DNA from: an uncultured Rhodothermales bacterium
Lineage (GTDB): Bacteria > Bacteroidota > Rhodothermia > Rhodothermales > UBA10348
Length of the DNA: 64,000 nt
Direction: 5' to 3'
NCBI GenBank assembly: GCA_964383365.1
Contig: CAYLHF010000017.1
Coordinates: 3,506-67,505, forward strand
A program made the translations under genes and the position numbers. Positions 1 to 11,021 of this stretch are shown here, one piece after another (the stretch's first letter is position 1; every line of letters begins with the position of its first letter). Under the pieces are notes generated by a model. That model saw only the letters and a list, made by a program, of their open reading frames with translations. It searched no databases and had not been told where the DNA came from.

Positions 1-47
1 AGAGTCTCCTTCTGCTTGCAGGACTGACTATTCTGGCCGTCAGTTTC

Positions 48-1013
48 TTGCTACCCCAGTTGGTACGCGTCATCATCCTCGGGATGCTGATCGCCTATCT
101 GCTGGATCCCGCCGTCCAGTACTTCGAGCGGTCTGGTCTGGCCCGAGCGACGGCCACGGTCAGTGTTTTCCTGATTCTGTCGGCAATTCTTACGGGAATG
201 GTGTTACTGATCGTCCCCCCGGTTTTCCAGCAGTTGGAAGGATTGCGATCTCTCGATATGACCGCCACGACCCGGTATCTGGACGGTGTAAACCAGCGAG
301 TCGATCAGTGGCTGTCGACAGTCGGACTGGAACAGGTCAATCTGCTGGCTCTTTTTCAGAGCTATATCACCGGCCATGTTCCCGATTTCCTGAGTATCGT
401 ACCAAACGCCCTTTCTCTCGTCGGGAATCTGTTGTTACTACCATTCATCGTCTTTTTTCTTCTCAAAGATGGCCGTTCATTCAAGAAAGGATGCGTGTCA
501 ATCATTCCCAACAAATATTTTGAACTGACGCTCAGCCTCCTCTACAAAATGGACAGGCAACTGGGTAATTATCTGAGGGGTCAGTTGATCGAGGCGTTGA
601 TCGTCGGGGTACTTTCCATTTTTGTTCTGTGGACGCTGGACATCCCGTACTTCCTTCCGGTTGGTATATTTGCAGGACTTGCCAATGTAATTCCCTATCT
701 CGGCCCACTTGCGGGGAGTATTGCAGCGATTCTCATTACGCTGATGTCTGGGGGGACGATCACCACGGTTGTGTTGATCGTCGTCCTTTTTGGAGTAATT
801 CAGATGATCGATAATCTGCTGATCCAGCCACTGGTCATCGCAAGGAATGTCCAACTGCATCCTCTCGTAGTTGCACTCTCAGTGATCGCCGGAGGGCAGC
901 TGTTTGGATTCATCGGTCTACTGGTCGCCGTTCCGTCCGTAGCCGTGATGAAGGTTTTGGGTTCGGAATCGTTATCCCACTTTCGATCGTATCGATTGCT
1001 CTCGGACCCCTGA
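48..1013 (+). CDS. AI-2E family (PerM/TqsA-like) transporter, probably 5'-truncated
   Basis: Multi-TM protein with family motifs GLANVIPYLGP and LIQPLVIARNVQLHP; the frame is open back to the window edge. Confidence 0.85.
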   Translation: MLPQLVRVIILGMLIAYLLDPAVQYFERSGLARATATVSVFLILSAILTGMVLLIVPPVFQQLEGLRSLDMTATTRYLDGVNQRVDQWLSTVGLEQVNLLALFQSYITGHVPDFLSIVPNALSLVGNLLLLPFIVFFLLKDGRSFKKGCVSIIPNKYFELTLSLLYKMDRQLGNYLRGQLIEALIVGVLSIFVLWTLDIPYFLPVGIFAGLANVIPYLGPLAGSIAAILITLMSGGTITTVVLIVVLFGVIQMIDNLLIQPLVIARNVQLHPLVVALSVIAGGQLFGFIGLLVAVPSVAVMKVLGSESLSHFRSYRLLSDP

Positions 1014-1032
1014 TGGCTCCGGAATCCCGAAG

Positions 1033-1914
1033 CTACTCTTCAAAGAGGAGCGAAACGTCGAGAACACGGACGGAGTGTGTGAGGGCACCACTTGAAATGT
1101 AGTCTACTCCTGCTGCCGCAATCTGACCGACCGTCTCGAGGTCAACATTTCCTGAGGCTTCGGTTTCATAACGGCCATCAATGAGGGAGAGGGCTTCTCT
1201 CAGTTTCGAGGTATCGGCTCGTCCATCTTCCAGATGTACCATGTTATCAAGCAGGATGCGATCCACTCCACCCGCTGACAGCACCTGTTGGACCTCATCG
1301 AGCGTCCGGGTCTCAATTTCGACGGGAAGATGACTCGTGTTGTGTAGTCTGATCCTGGTTATCGCCGACGCTATGCCACCAGATGCCCGGATGTGGTTTT
1401 CCTTTATCAACACGCGGTCGAACAACCCGACCCGGTGATTCTGTCCCCCACCGAGCAAAACGGCCCATTTATCCAGACGTCGAAGACCCGGCGCCGTCTT
1501 GCGGGTATCCAGGATAGTCGCCCCTGAAAACGAAATTTCTGAAACAAATTTTGCTGTCAGCGAGGCGATGCCGGACATTCTCTGAATCAGATTCAGAGAC
1601 ACGCGTTCGGCAATCAGCAGTGAACGTGCCCGTCCCGAAACGGTCCCAATGCGATCGCCGGGGCGGACCGAGTCACCATCATCGAACGCCCAATTCACGG
1701 TCAGATCGGCGTCGATCTCCTTGAAGGTGAGTCCGGCTGGCGTGAGTCCGGCGATGACACCCGGTTCACGTACTACGAAATGAGCGGATGTTCGAGTTTC
1801 GGAATCGACTGTCCACAGGGTCGTCACATCTCCGCTCCCGACGTCCTCATCAAGAGCGGTCCTGACTATCGTCACGAGATCGTCCGGTGTGATGTAGGAA
1901 GGGAGTTCAGTCAT
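1033..1914 (-). CDS. nadC: Nicotinate-nucleotide pyrophosphorylase (quinolinate phosphoribosyltransferase)
   Basis: ALDEDVGSGDVTT, LDTRKTAPGLR, NHRVGL, IEIETRTLDE, ILLDNM, EASGNV, ISSGALTHS motifs. Confidence 0.96.
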   Translation of the reverse strand: MTELPSYITPDDLVTIVRTALDEDVGSGDVTTLWTVDSETRTSAHFVVREPGVIAGLTPAGLTFKEIDADLTVNWAFDDGDSVRPGDRIGTVSGRARSLLIAERVSLNLIQRMSGIASLTAKFVSEISFSGATILDTRKTAPGLRRLDKWAVLLGGGQNHRVGLFDRVLIKENHIRASGGIASAITRIRLHNTSHLPVEIETRTLDEVQQVLSAGGVDRILLDNMVHLEDGRADTSKLREALSLIDGRYETEASGNVDLETVGQIAAAGVDYISSGALTHSVRVLDVSLLFEE

Positions 1915-2350
1915 GTGAACGGTCGATCGACAGTCTCTTCACCAGATTCTGAACCTCTTCGGGTGCTCGCACGGGTCGTCCACGCGCTACATCGAAAAAA
2001 CACAGGGTAACCTCTCCAGAGACGAGTACCTCTGATTCCTGAACGCGCGTTATGTGATAATCGAATCGAACCCTGGTCTGACTCGGAGAAAGTGTCATTA
2101 CCGTCCGGATATCGAGCAAGTCATCGTAACGTGCGCCCTTCCGATACGAAACAGAGAGGTTCACAACGGGCATATTGATGCCCCTATCTTCCATCTTCTT
2201 GTAGGAGTATCCGAAAGCGCGCAGCGCTTCGGTTCTCGCGACCTCGAAATAATCGATGTAATGCGTGTGATATACGATACCCATAGGATCACATTCACGG
2301 TACCGGACGCGGTGTTGATGCGAAAACTCGAATAGTGGCTGCTTATGCAC
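1907..2350 (-). CDS. Acyl-CoA thioesterase, YbgC/FadM (hotdog) family
   Basis: RVRYRECDPMGIVYHTHYIDYFEVARTE motif; GTG start abuts the accA stop. Confidence 0.9.
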   Translation of the reverse strand: MHKQPLFEFSHQHRVRYRECDPMGIVYHTHYIDYFEVARTEALRAFGYSYKKMEDRGINMPVVNLSVSYRKGARYDDLLDIRTVMTLSPSQTRVRFDYHITRVQESEVLVSGEVTLCFFDVARGRPVRAPEEVQNLVKRLSIDRSHD

Positions 2351-3343
2351 TTATTTCTCCTCGAAAGCGCCCATTGAATCAAATTTGGCAGCCCGTTCCC
2401 TGATCAACTCTGAAGGTTTCATATCGGCCAGTTCAGAGAGATTTCGGGCGATGGATTTTCCGAGCACCTCGAATGTACCTGCAGGATCACGATGGGCTCC
2501 ACCTATCGGTTCCGACACGATTTCATCGACGATGCCCGCCTCGATGAGATCTGGCGCGGTCAACTTCAATGCCCGGGCTGCTTCTTCCTTGTAATCCCAG
2601 GATCGCCACAGAATAGATGAACAACTCTCGGGAGAGATAACAGAATACCACGAGTTTTCGAGCATCAGGATGCGGTCGCCGATTCCGATTCCCAGCGCCC
2701 CTCCGGAGGCCCCTTCACCGATAATATTTACGACGATCGGGACCGGAAGTCTCGCCATTTCAAGCAGATTTACTGCTATTGCCTGTGCCTGGCCCCTTTC
2801 TTCGGCCTCCATTCCTGGATATGCACCGGGAGTATCCAGAAGGGTAATCACCGGTTTCCCGAATTTGGCTGCGAGTTTCATCAGGCGAAGTGCCTTCCGA
2901 TATCCCTCAGGATTCGGCATGCCAAACCGGCGGTATTTCCTCGATTTGGTGTCGCGCCCTTTCTGATGACCGATGATCATTACCGTACGGTCTGTATCGC
3001 CAAATTTTGATCCGCAAAACGTGGCAAATCCTCCGACTATCGCAGGATCGTCTCCGTAGAGTCGATCTCCGTGCAATTCCATGAATCCCGTGGTGAGGGC
3101 CTCGATATGATCCAGCGAATAGGGTCGTTGCGGGTGTCGGGCAATCTGGACCCGCTGCCATCGCGTAAGATTACGATAGATGGAATCGCGTAACTCCGAA
3201 ATTCTACTCTCAAGATCTTCGATGGCAGTCGTAAGATCCGATTCAGCATCTTCATCATGCAGACGCATTTCTTCGAGCTTCTGTTCAAGCTCAAAAAGGG
3301 GCTTCTCAAAGTCGAGGAGATGCAGATTTGGATTCGCAGACAT
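2351..3343 (-). CDS. accA: Acetyl-CoA carboxylase carboxyltransferase alpha subunit
   Basis: [61 protein letters not shown]. Confidence 0.97.
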   Translation of the reverse strand: MSANPNLHLLDFEKPLFELEQKLEEMRLHDEDAESDLTTAIEDLESRISELRDSIYRNLTRWQRVQIARHPQRPYSLDHIEALTTGFMELHGDRLYGDDPAIVGGFATFCGSKFGDTDRTVMIIGHQKGRDTKSRKYRRFGMPNPEGYRKALRLMKLAAKFGKPVITLLDTPGAYPGMEAEERGQAQAIAVNLLEMARLPVPIVVNIIGEGASGGALGIGIGDRILMLENSWYSVISPESCSSILWRSWDYKEEAARALKLTAPDLIEAGIVDEIVSEPIGGAHRDPAGTFEVLGKSIARNLSELADMKPSELIRERAAKFDSMGAFEEK

Positions 3344-3372
3344 TCCAGATCAGTTTCGTTGACGTATTTGGA

Positions 3373-5535
3373 TCAAACAACGTGTCGGTGACGATTCACT
3401 CTCAGTGACTTCAGAATGATGTCCATATCGAGTCCAGGAGTCTGATGCGTCACATAGTACCAGTAGGCGCGGGATAAATCGTCGTCATCCAACTCCTGAG
3501 CTGCCAACGTGTTCGTGATGGAAAAAACGCCTGGCTTTAATTGCCATCCGTCTGAAATGAGCGATTTGTGGTCCGGGAGGAAGCCGACGAGCGACTTTTT
3601 TCCCGTAAGGACGGCGGGGAACTCCTTCAGAAAGGACGACAGAATCGCCGCGGAACGGGATTTAAAAACGTGGGTAGCCGTGAAAACGGCCGGATACATG
3701 GCAAAACCCGTCAGGCATATAGCCCAATCCAGCACGCGCCGACTCGCCTCCGAACGCAATGACAAGACTTCAGGCAAACGGGTCACGACGGCACCCAGTG
3801 CGAGTTGATTAACCGAGGACTTCCCTATTACGTGTTGGCTGCCTGGATGTAGCATTCGGAATTGTACATCCAGATCTGAAATGGCCCGAATGGTCGAAAA
3901 AATGGTTTGATTCGAGAGCGATCTGGCCGCAAAAACCACGTCGTCAATCTGTCGGAGGCGTACCAGGTCTCGAAGGTGTCTGATTTGTCCCAGTTGTGAG
4001 ACGGAGTCATGCCCGGCTGGCGCCGATCGTGATTCGTTCTTCGAATCGGTAGCCACATACCCCACCAGGTTAAACGGAGGTCTCGGATGCAACCCGAGCA
4101 TACGGTTCAAACGTGAAGCTTCTTGCGGGTCACCGACAAGGATCGCCAGTCGTTCGGTTTTTCTGGTTCCGGGTCGAAACCTCCTGCTGAGAAGCAGCAG
4201 AGCAATGGTTATCGGAAGGCTCAGGATGACGACGATTCTTGAAAAGGCAATCTGTGGGATGAAATAGGAGAGGGTCGCCATCAATATGAAACCGATGAAC
4301 GTGCCAAACACGACCGTCTGGAGGGGATGTCTGCCGTGTCTTCGGTATCCTCCGAGCGAACCGATCCCTATGATGGTCCCGAGCGCATAGGCAGGAGAGA
4401 CCGTCAGAAAGAAGAGGGAGACCAACTCGTTGTCGGCCAATACGGCGCGCGTGTAGCCAAGAGCTGTGACCGTGAGATAGACGATGAGGAAATCGAACAG
4501 GATGTTGGTTATTCTGCGAGCAGCCCTGTTAACCACGGACAAGACGGCTCGGAACATGATTCCCGCCCTAAGCAGGCCAGTCAGTAAGGTTGAACGCGAA
4601 CCCGCGATATGTTTTTCGCTGAACAGAAGCATCGCTCCGTAGAACAGGCGAACATATTTCAAATCTCCTTTTTTCGTTGATTCGCCCTTGTAGTGGACGA
4701 TCTGTGTTCGGGGCGTGTAGTAAATTTTCCACCCTGCCTGTTGAATCCGAAAGCACAGGTCGAGGTCTTCACCATACATAAAAAACGCTTCATCAAAGAG
4801 ACCTGCACCGGGTGAGCGTGGGTCTGGATCGGCGACATCGGAGGTTGGGCGTTGCTCGGGAGTGAAGGCATCCGCCGCCATTTCGCTCGAGTCGACATCA
4901 TCGGGTGTCCGGAAGTTCTCGTAGAGTGCCTTTCTCCGGATCATCATACACGAGCCGCTGAGTGCGTCCACTTCGGCGTCTTCGTCGATTGGCAGATAGG
5001 TCATGTTGTACCTACCGAATCGTCGGGAACGCGGAAACAGCCTGCTGAGGCCGATGATTCTGTAAAAGGCCACGTCCGGGGTCGGAAATGATCGTCGGCT
5101 CTCGCGAGCAAATGATCCGTCGGGGTTCAATATTTGACAACCGACGGCCCCCGCATCCGGGTGAGCCTGAGAAAAGCCGATCATTTCCGACAGTGTGTCT
5201 TCCTGGAGAATGGTGTCCGGATTCAAGATTAGTACGTAGTCTCCCATCGCCTGTCGGATGGCCATGTTGTTGGCCTTCCCGAAACCAACGTTTTCGTGGT
5301 TCGTGATAACCTTCACGTCTGGGAAGTCCGTCTCGAGCATCGCAACCGATCCGTCGACGGAGTTATTGTCTACGACAATTATCTCCACAGGAAGGTTTTT
5401 CGCTGCCCCGTTCACGCTGTGAATCGCCTGCGCCAGGAACTCGCACACATTGTAATTCACGATGACGACACTCACCACGGGAGTCTCGACCGAAGGGTTG
5501 GGTGTATCAGATATGGGTGATTCGTTCAAATTCAT
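3373..5535 (-). CDS. Family 2 glycosyltransferase fused to a membrane segment and a CoA-binding/sugar-transferase-like C-terminal region
   Basis: VSVVIVNYN, VVDNNSVDGS, NVGFGKANN, LILNPDT, FFMYGEDLDLC; TM helices at about aa 340-450; IDDVVFA Rossmann-like segment. Confidence 0.85.
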   Translation of the reverse strand: MNLNESPISDTPNPSVETPVVSVVIVNYNVCEFLAQAIHSVNGAAKNLPVEIIVVDNNSVDGSVAMLETDFPDVKVITNHENVGFGKANNMAIRQAMGDYVLILNPDTILQEDTLSEMIGFSQAHPDAGAVGCQILNPDGSFARESRRSFPTPDVAFYRIIGLSRLFPRSRRFGRYNMTYLPIDEDAEVDALSGSCMMIRRKALYENFRTPDDVDSSEMAADAFTPEQRPTSDVADPDPRSPGAGLFDEAFFMYGEDLDLCFRIQQAGWKIYYTPRTQIVHYKGESTKKGDLKYVRLFYGAMLLFSEKHIAGSRSTLLTGLLRAGIMFRAVLSVVNRAARRITNILFDFLIVYLTVTALGYTRAVLADNELVSLFFLTVSPAYALGTIIGIGSLGGYRRHGRHPLQTVVFGTFIGFILMATLSYFIPQIAFSRIVVILSLPITIALLLLSRRFRPGTRKTERLAILVGDPQEASRLNRMLGLHPRPPFNLVGYVATDSKNESRSAPAGHDSVSQLGQIRHLRDLVRLRQIDDVVFAARSLSNQTIFSTIRAISDLDVQFRMLHPGSQHVIGKSSVNQLALGAVVTRLPEVLSLRSEASRRVLDWAICLTGFAMYPAVFTATHVFKSRSAAILSSFLKEFPAVLTGKKSLVGFLPDHKSLISDGWQLKPGVFSITNTLAAQELDDDDLSRAYWYYVTHQTPGLDMDIILKSLRVNRHRHVV

Positions 5536-5672
5536 GGCGGGCGGAAGATACGACTTCCGGAATTGAAGGCGTCTTAACGCGACGATTGTCCGAACCGCGT
5601 ATCATGGGAGCCTTCGCCACCAGCTGCGCCTTTTCAACCCCGATCCATCGTCATTCGTCTCCGATTGTTCCG

Positions 5673-7073
5673 TTGAACACCGATTCATACCGATACAGAA
5701 AAGAAATTAGGGCGACGCTCGTTCTCGCCGGCCCGGTAGTCGTTACGCAGGTAGCCCATATTTCGATGGGCTTTGTGGATACGGTCATGGTCGGACGTCT
5801 GGGGCCCGGAGCCCTGGCCGGTGTTGCTCTTGGCAATACGCTCTTTTATACAGCGACCATATTCTGCATGGGGGTTGTGATGGCCGTCGGCCCGATGGTC
5901 TCGCAGGCGTTCGGAGCCGGAGAAATCGATCCAATCGGCCGGAGCGTTCGACAGGGTTTATGGCTGGCGGGGCTTCTGGCGATTCCAGCCATGTTATTTG
6001 TGTGGAATGCGGAATCTGTACTGACATTTCTGGGGCAACGGCCGGAGACGAGGGCCCGCGCGGCCGCGTACCTGCGTGCGATAGGCTGGGGCATATTTCC
6101 ATTTCTGGGATTCACAGCGCTGCGCAGCTTTTCTGAAGCTATTTCGCGGCCGCGCGTAGTGACGGTCATTACACTGGGCGGCGTTGTATGCAACGTCACA
6201 CTGAATTACGTGCTCATGTTCGGAAAATTCGGCGCACCGGCACTCGGTCTCGTCGGAACCGGTTGGGCGAGTGCTATTGTGTTCTGGACGCTGTTTCTGA
6301 CGATGGTTCTGTATACCATCGTCAAGAAGGACTATGCGCGTTATCATATCTATTCACGCCTGTCGAGACCCGATCCCCATTATTTCAGGGAGTTGTTCAG
6401 AATCGGGTGGCCAATTGGATCTTCGATGGGTGTCGAGATGAGTCTCTTCATGACTGCAGTGATGATGATGGGATGGATAGGAACGTCGCAGTTGGCTGCC
6501 CATCAGGTGGCCATACAATGTGCCGCATTCACGTTCATGGTACCCCTGGGAATTGGAATGGCAACATCCGTGCGGGTAGGGCAGGCGGCAGGTGCGCGCG
6601 ATGTACACGGAGTGAAAAGGGCCGGGGTGGTCGGGATCGTCCTCTCGGTATCATTCATGTCAATCGCGGCGCTGCTGTTCTGGTTGGTACCCCGGAGCGT
6701 AATCTCGCTCTATCTGGATCTTAATAATCCTGCGAATACGGACGTCGTCAGGATCGCGGTGAGACTGCTCGCTTTTGCGGCGGTCTTCCAGGTATTCGAC
6801 GGCATTCAGGTCTCATCGATGGGGGCCCTCAGAGGTCTGAAGGATACCAGAACACCGATGCTACTTGCGATCACGGCGTACTGGCCGATCGGGATGGTTG
6901 CAGCCTGGATGCTGGCATTTCCCCTCGGATTGAACGAATCAGGATTGTGGTCGGGATTGGTCATCGGTCTTGCCTCGGCCGCCATATTACTGACCAGTCG
7001 TTTTTTCCGTCTTACTCATCGTCTCTTTGAACGAAATTCAATGATCCCTGACAGAATCCTTGCAGAAGATTAG
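5673..7073 (+). CDS. MATE family efflux transporter (NorM-like)
   Basis: LAGPVVVTQ, GFVDTVMVGRLG, RIGWPIG, LAAHQVA, FQVFDGIQV, GALRGLKDT; start moved from ORF-track 5502 to a TTG at 5673 by family length. Confidence 0.9.
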   Translation: MNTDSYRYRKEIRATLVLAGPVVVTQVAHISMGFVDTVMVGRLGPGALAGVALGNTLFYTATIFCMGVVMAVGPMVSQAFGAGEIDPIGRSVRQGLWLAGLLAIPAMLFVWNAESVLTFLGQRPETRARAAAYLRAIGWGIFPFLGFTALRSFSEAISRPRVVTVITLGGVVCNVTLNYVLMFGKFGAPALGLVGTGWASAIVFWTLFLTMVLYTIVKKDYARYHIYSRLSRPDPHYFRELFRIGWPIGSSMGVEMSLFMTAVMMMGWIGTSQLAAHQVAIQCAAFTFMVPLGIGMATSVRVGQAAGARDVHGVKRAGVVGIVLSVSFMSIAALLFWLVPRSVISLYLDLNNPANTDVVRIAVRLLAFAAVFQVFDGIQVSSMGALRGLKDTRTPMLLAITAYWPIGMVAAWMLAFPLGLNESGLWSGLVIGLASAAILLTSRFFRLTHRLFERNSMIPDRILAED

Positions 7074-7131
7074 GTACGTTTAAGTTCTGTACCTATATAA
7101 TTCCCGCTACTCACCCAATCTCAGCGACTGA

Positions 7132-7779
7132 ATGCCGCAGATATTCTCCAAGAAAGCAAATCTGATACCCACTGTATCACTTTTTGCCTCCGTAGCCGGG
7201 TCTGTTTTTGTGATCCTGTTTGTCTGGTACTATTTCTCTCCGAGATACACCGATGTCGGGTACGCGCCCGAACAACCGGTTCAGTACAGTCATCGGTTTC
7301 ATGCCGGACAGCTCGCTATCGACTGCCAGTACTGTCACACCAACGTGGCGTCTGCTGACCATTCGAACATTCCGCCGACGCAAACCTGCATGAACTGCCA
7401 TAGTCAGATTCGGACAGATTCCCCCAAACTACTTCCCGTGAGAGAGAGTTGGGCGACCGGTGAGCCCATTCAGTGGATCAAGGTTCACCATCTACCCGAT
7501 TATGCTCATTTCAGTCACAAGGTCCATGTTAATAACGGGGTCGGTTGCGAGACCTGTCATGGACGTGTCGATCAGATGGAGACCATTCATCAAGCAGAGC
7601 CACTCTCAATGGGATGGTGTCTGAAATGTCATCGGAACCCGGAGGTAAACCTTCGTCCGAACGACGAGGTGACGACCATGGGCTTTGTCCAACCCGCTGG
7701 TTTTGTTGAAAAGAATTTGCAGCGCATGAGGGACGAGGATATTCGTCCTCCAACCAATTGTTCTGCTTGCCATTATTGA
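7132..7779 (+). CDS. actA: Alternative complex III pentaheme cytochrome c subunit
   Basis: One N-terminal TM and five CxxCH motifs (CQYCH, CMNCH, CETCH, CLKCH, CSACH); first gene of the act cluster. Confidence 0.93.
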   Translation: MPQIFSKKANLIPTVSLFASVAGSVFVILFVWYYFSPRYTDVGYAPEQPVQYSHRFHAGQLAIDCQYCHTNVASADHSNIPPTQTCMNCHSQIRTDSPKLLPVRESWATGEPIQWIKVHHLPDYAHFSHKVHVNNGVGCETCHGRVDQMETIHQAEPLSMGWCLKCHRNPEVNLRPNDEVTTMGFVQPAGFVEKNLQRMRDEDIRPPTNCSACHY

Positions 7780-7855
7780 GTAAAGACCAGAAAGCCTGTA
7801 AACGGTCAGCTCGCTCGCACGAGCGGTACCAACAAACAGCCGTCCCTAAACACTC

Positions 7856-10800
7856 ATGATTGAACTTCCCGTCATCACAGCCCAGAATCAGAAGAGAAAG
7901 TCTTCGCACTCACACTATTGGCGTAGTATCAGCCAGTTGAAAGACCATGCTGATTTGCAGACAATCGAGGCTGAAGAGTTTTTTCCTGGCGCCAGCGATG
8001 GTCCAGGCGGATCATCCCGGAGACAGTTTTTGCAGATAATGGGTGCATCCATGGCCATGGCCGGCCTGTCTGCGTGTCGCCGTCCGGTGGAGAACATTCT
8101 CCCGTTTTCTCACAAACCGGAGGAAATGATTCCTGGCGTGCCGATGGAGTATGCCACATCCATGCCTTTTCGCGGGAGTCTCGTTCCACTTGTCGTGGAG
8201 AGCTCGGATGGTCGTCCGACCAAGGTCGAGGGGCGGCCGGATCATCCGGAATACAATGGGTCCAGTGGCGTTTTTGAACAGGCCTCCGTTCTTTCCCTGT
8301 ACGATCCGGATCGCTCCGAATTTGTCCTGAAGAATGGTAAACGCAGTACCTGGTCAGCGTTCCAGTCCGTAGCTGCAGATTTCGGCCGCGACGCCCGGAT
8401 AGCTGTAATCGAAGAACCGGGCTCCTCACTGACGCGCGCTCGACTTCGGGCCGAGTTTGAAAAGAGATTCGGGAACGTACAGTGGGTAGAGTACAGTTCG
8501 ACGGGAGATGATCCGTTTGCAAAAGCGACGCTGGACGTTTTTGGCAGGGAACTACGTCAGCGAATCCATTTCGAGGATGCGAAGGTCATCGTCGCGCTCG
8601 ACGCAGATCCTCTCAGTCCGACGGATCCTGCGTTTCTCCTTAACACGGCCGCATTCGCGCGTGGCCGGTCGGTCGCTGAAGGAGCCGAAATGAGCCGGTT
8701 ATATACGGTCGAGAGTGGCTATTCCATCACCGGAGGCGTGTCCGATAATCGTCTTCGCATGAAATCCAGCGAAATTCCTGCGCTGGCAGCGTCGATTGCG
8801 AGACGACTTGGTATCGATGTGGCCGGTGGTGAGTCGTATGATGAGGACGCCTGGGTCAGCGCGATGGTCAGGGATCTCCGGTCCGCGCGAAATGAAGGAG
8901 TAATTCTTGCCGGGGAGAATCAACCTGCCGAGGTCCACGCCTTGTGTATAGCGATTAATGATGCGCTCGGCAGTCCGAGAACGGTGGTCGAATATATCGA
9001 CGCCGGAACCGACGGCGCCCGGCGGTTGGAAGGGCTTCGATCCGTCGTCGAGTCGATGAAATCTGGAACACTCGATGCCGTTGTTTTACTGAACGTGAAT
9101 CCGGTCTATGATGCTCCTTCGGAGATCGGGTTCAAAGAGGCCTTTGCCAGTCAGAAGAACACGATTCATCTCGGACTATACGCTGACGAGACTGCTGCAG
9201 GATCTACATGGCACCTTCCGGCAACACATTATTTGGAAGCCTGGGGGGATGGTCGCTCATTTGGCGGGTATCAGGCGGTTATTCAGCCACTGATAGCTCC
9301 GCTCTACGACGAGGCACACTCGAGTATTGAATTGCTCGATACCATCGGAAAAACTTCCGGTGCATCAGGATATGATCTCGTCCGAACTACGTGGAAGTCG
9401 ATCATCCCGGGGGACTTCGAGAGCGGATGGAAAAAAGTCCTCCACGATGGAATTCATCCCGGGAAGGGATATGCCAGGGTAACATCGCGAGTAAATCGTC
9501 GCGCTCTCCCGGGTACGATCGCCGATGCCCCGGAAGGTCTGGAGTTGGTGGTTCGGATGGACGCCAAGGTACTCGGTGGAGCGTTTTCCAACAGCGCGTG
9601 GCTCCAGGAACTACCCGAGTCCACCACGAAAGTCGTCTGGGATAACGTGGCATTGATGAGTCCCGCTACCGCCTCAAATCTGGGGGTCGCGATGGATTTG
9701 CGAAAGGGAAAGTACTTCGTCGACCGTATTGCCTTGACGTCTGATGCCGGGACAATTGACCTGCCGATTTGGATCCAGCCTGGGATGGCAGATGATTCAA
9801 TATCGGTCGCCACCGGATACGGTCGAGAGATATCGTCCAACCGGTCGGAGCGGCATACGAGTATTTTCGACCTGGATGACTACACGGATATTTACGGTCA
9901 CGGTGCGATCTCGACAGCTGTCGGAGAAAACGTTGCTCCGATCCGAGGGGCGTTCGGAGCACATGTAGTGACTGGAATCACCGCAGTCGTATCTGGATCG
10001 GATTATCTGGTCGCGTCGACGCAGGATCACGGAGCACTTCCAGAAGAAGGCGAAGAGGTCAAAAAGCGGGGACTCTTCCGGATGGCCACGCTGGAGGAAT
10101 ATCGGGCCAATCCGAGATTCGTGGCTGAAGGAGAGCCGGAGCCAATTCGGGAAGAGTGGAAAAACTACCCGACTCTCTGGCAGGAGGATCATCCTACGGT
10201 TAAGCCTGAATTTCAGCACAATGACTACTTCCAGAATCAGTGGGGAATGGTCATCGATCTGAATACCTGTACAGGATGTAACTCATGCGTAGTCGCCTGT
10301 CAGGCCGAGAATAATATCCAGGTAGTCGGAAAGGAAGAGGTCAGTCGTGGGCGCGAAATGCACTGGATCCGACTGGATCGCTATTTCGTGAGTGAAGGGG
10401 ACGGAGCCACGGAACAGCCCCGAATGGTACTCCAGCCCGTTCCCTGTATGCATTGTGAAAATGCCCCGTGCGAAGAAGTTTGTCCGGTTGCAGCGACGGT
10501 TCACTCACCAGATGGAACCAATCAGATGATTTACAATCGCTGTATTGGAACGCGGTACTGTGCCAATAACTGTCCGTACAAGGTTCGGCGATTCAACTTC
10601 TTCAACTGGTCGAAGACGATACCACAGACCGTTCAGATGGCACAGAATCCTAATGTCACGGTGCGGTCGCGCGGCGTGATGGAAAAGTGTTCATTCTGTA
10701 TCCAGCGGATACGCGAAGTAAACAAGAAAACCAACATCGAAAAACGACCAATTCGTGACGGTGAAATTGTTGTGGCGTGTCAGCAGGCTTGTCCCGCCAA

Positions 10801-10963
10801 GGCCATCTCTTTCGGGGACATGAACGTGGCAGAGAGTACCATCATGGAGCAGAAATCAGACCCGCGACGGTATGACATGCTTGCGGAACTCGCTGTCAAA
10901 CCCCGCACCAGTTATCTGGGACGCATCATGAATCCCAACCCTGATTTAGGAGGGGAAGCCTGA
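7856..10963 (+). CDS. actB: Alternative complex III subunit B (molybdopterin-oxidoreductase-like domain plus Fe-S domain)
   Basis: Tat motif SRRQFLQ; C-terminal [41 protein letters not shown]...CQQACP. Confidence 0.95.
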   Translation: MIELPVITAQNQKRKSSHSHYWRSISQLKDHADLQTIEAEEFFPGASDGPGGSSRRQFLQIMGASMAMAGLSACRRPVENILPFSHKPEEMIPGVPMEYATSMPFRGSLVPLVVESSDGRPTKVEGRPDHPEYNGSSGVFEQASVLSLYDPDRSEFVLKNGKRSTWSAFQSVAADFGRDARIAVIEEPGSSLTRARLRAEFEKRFGNVQWVEYSSTGDDPFAKATLDVFGRELRQRIHFEDAKVIVALDADPLSPTDPAFLLNTAAFARGRSVAEGAEMSRLYTVESGYSITGGVSDNRLRMKSSEIPALAASIARRLGIDVAGGESYDEDAWVSAMVRDLRSARNEGVILAGENQPAEVHALCIAINDALGSPRTVVEYIDAGTDGARRLEGLRSVVESMKSGTLDAVVLLNVNPVYDAPSEIGFKEAFASQKNTIHLGLYADETAAGSTWHLPATHYLEAWGDGRSFGGYQAVIQPLIAPLYDEAHSSIELLDTIGKTSGASGYDLVRTTWKSIIPGDFESGWKKVLHDGIHPGKGYARVTSRVNRRALPGTIADAPEGLELVVRMDAKVLGGAFSNSAWLQELPESTTKVVWDNVALMSPATASNLGVAMDLRKGKYFVDRIALTSDAGTIDLPIWIQPGMADDSISVATGYGREISSNRSERHTSIFDLDDYTDIYGHGAISTAVGENVAPIRGAFGAHVVTGITAVVSGSDYLVASTQDHGALPEEGEEVKKRGLFRMATLEEYRANPRFVAEGEPEPIREEWKNYPTLWQEDHPTVKPEFQHNDYFQNQWGMVIDLNTCTGCNSCVVACQAENNIQVVGKEEVSRGREMHWIRLDRYFVSEGDGATEQPRMVLQPVPCMHCENAPCEEVCPVAATVHSPDGTNQMIYNRCIGTRYCANNCPYKVRRFNFFNWSKTIPQTVQMAQNPNVTVRSRGVMEKCSFCIQRIREVNKKTNIEKRPIRDGEIVVACQQACPAKAISFGDMNVAESTIMEQKSDPRRYDMLAELAVKPRTSYLGRIMNPNPDLGGEA

Positions 10964-11021
10964 TGAGTTTTTCCCCGGATACAGTATCAATCACCGACAA
11001 CAAAGTGTGACGCCCGTGAGC

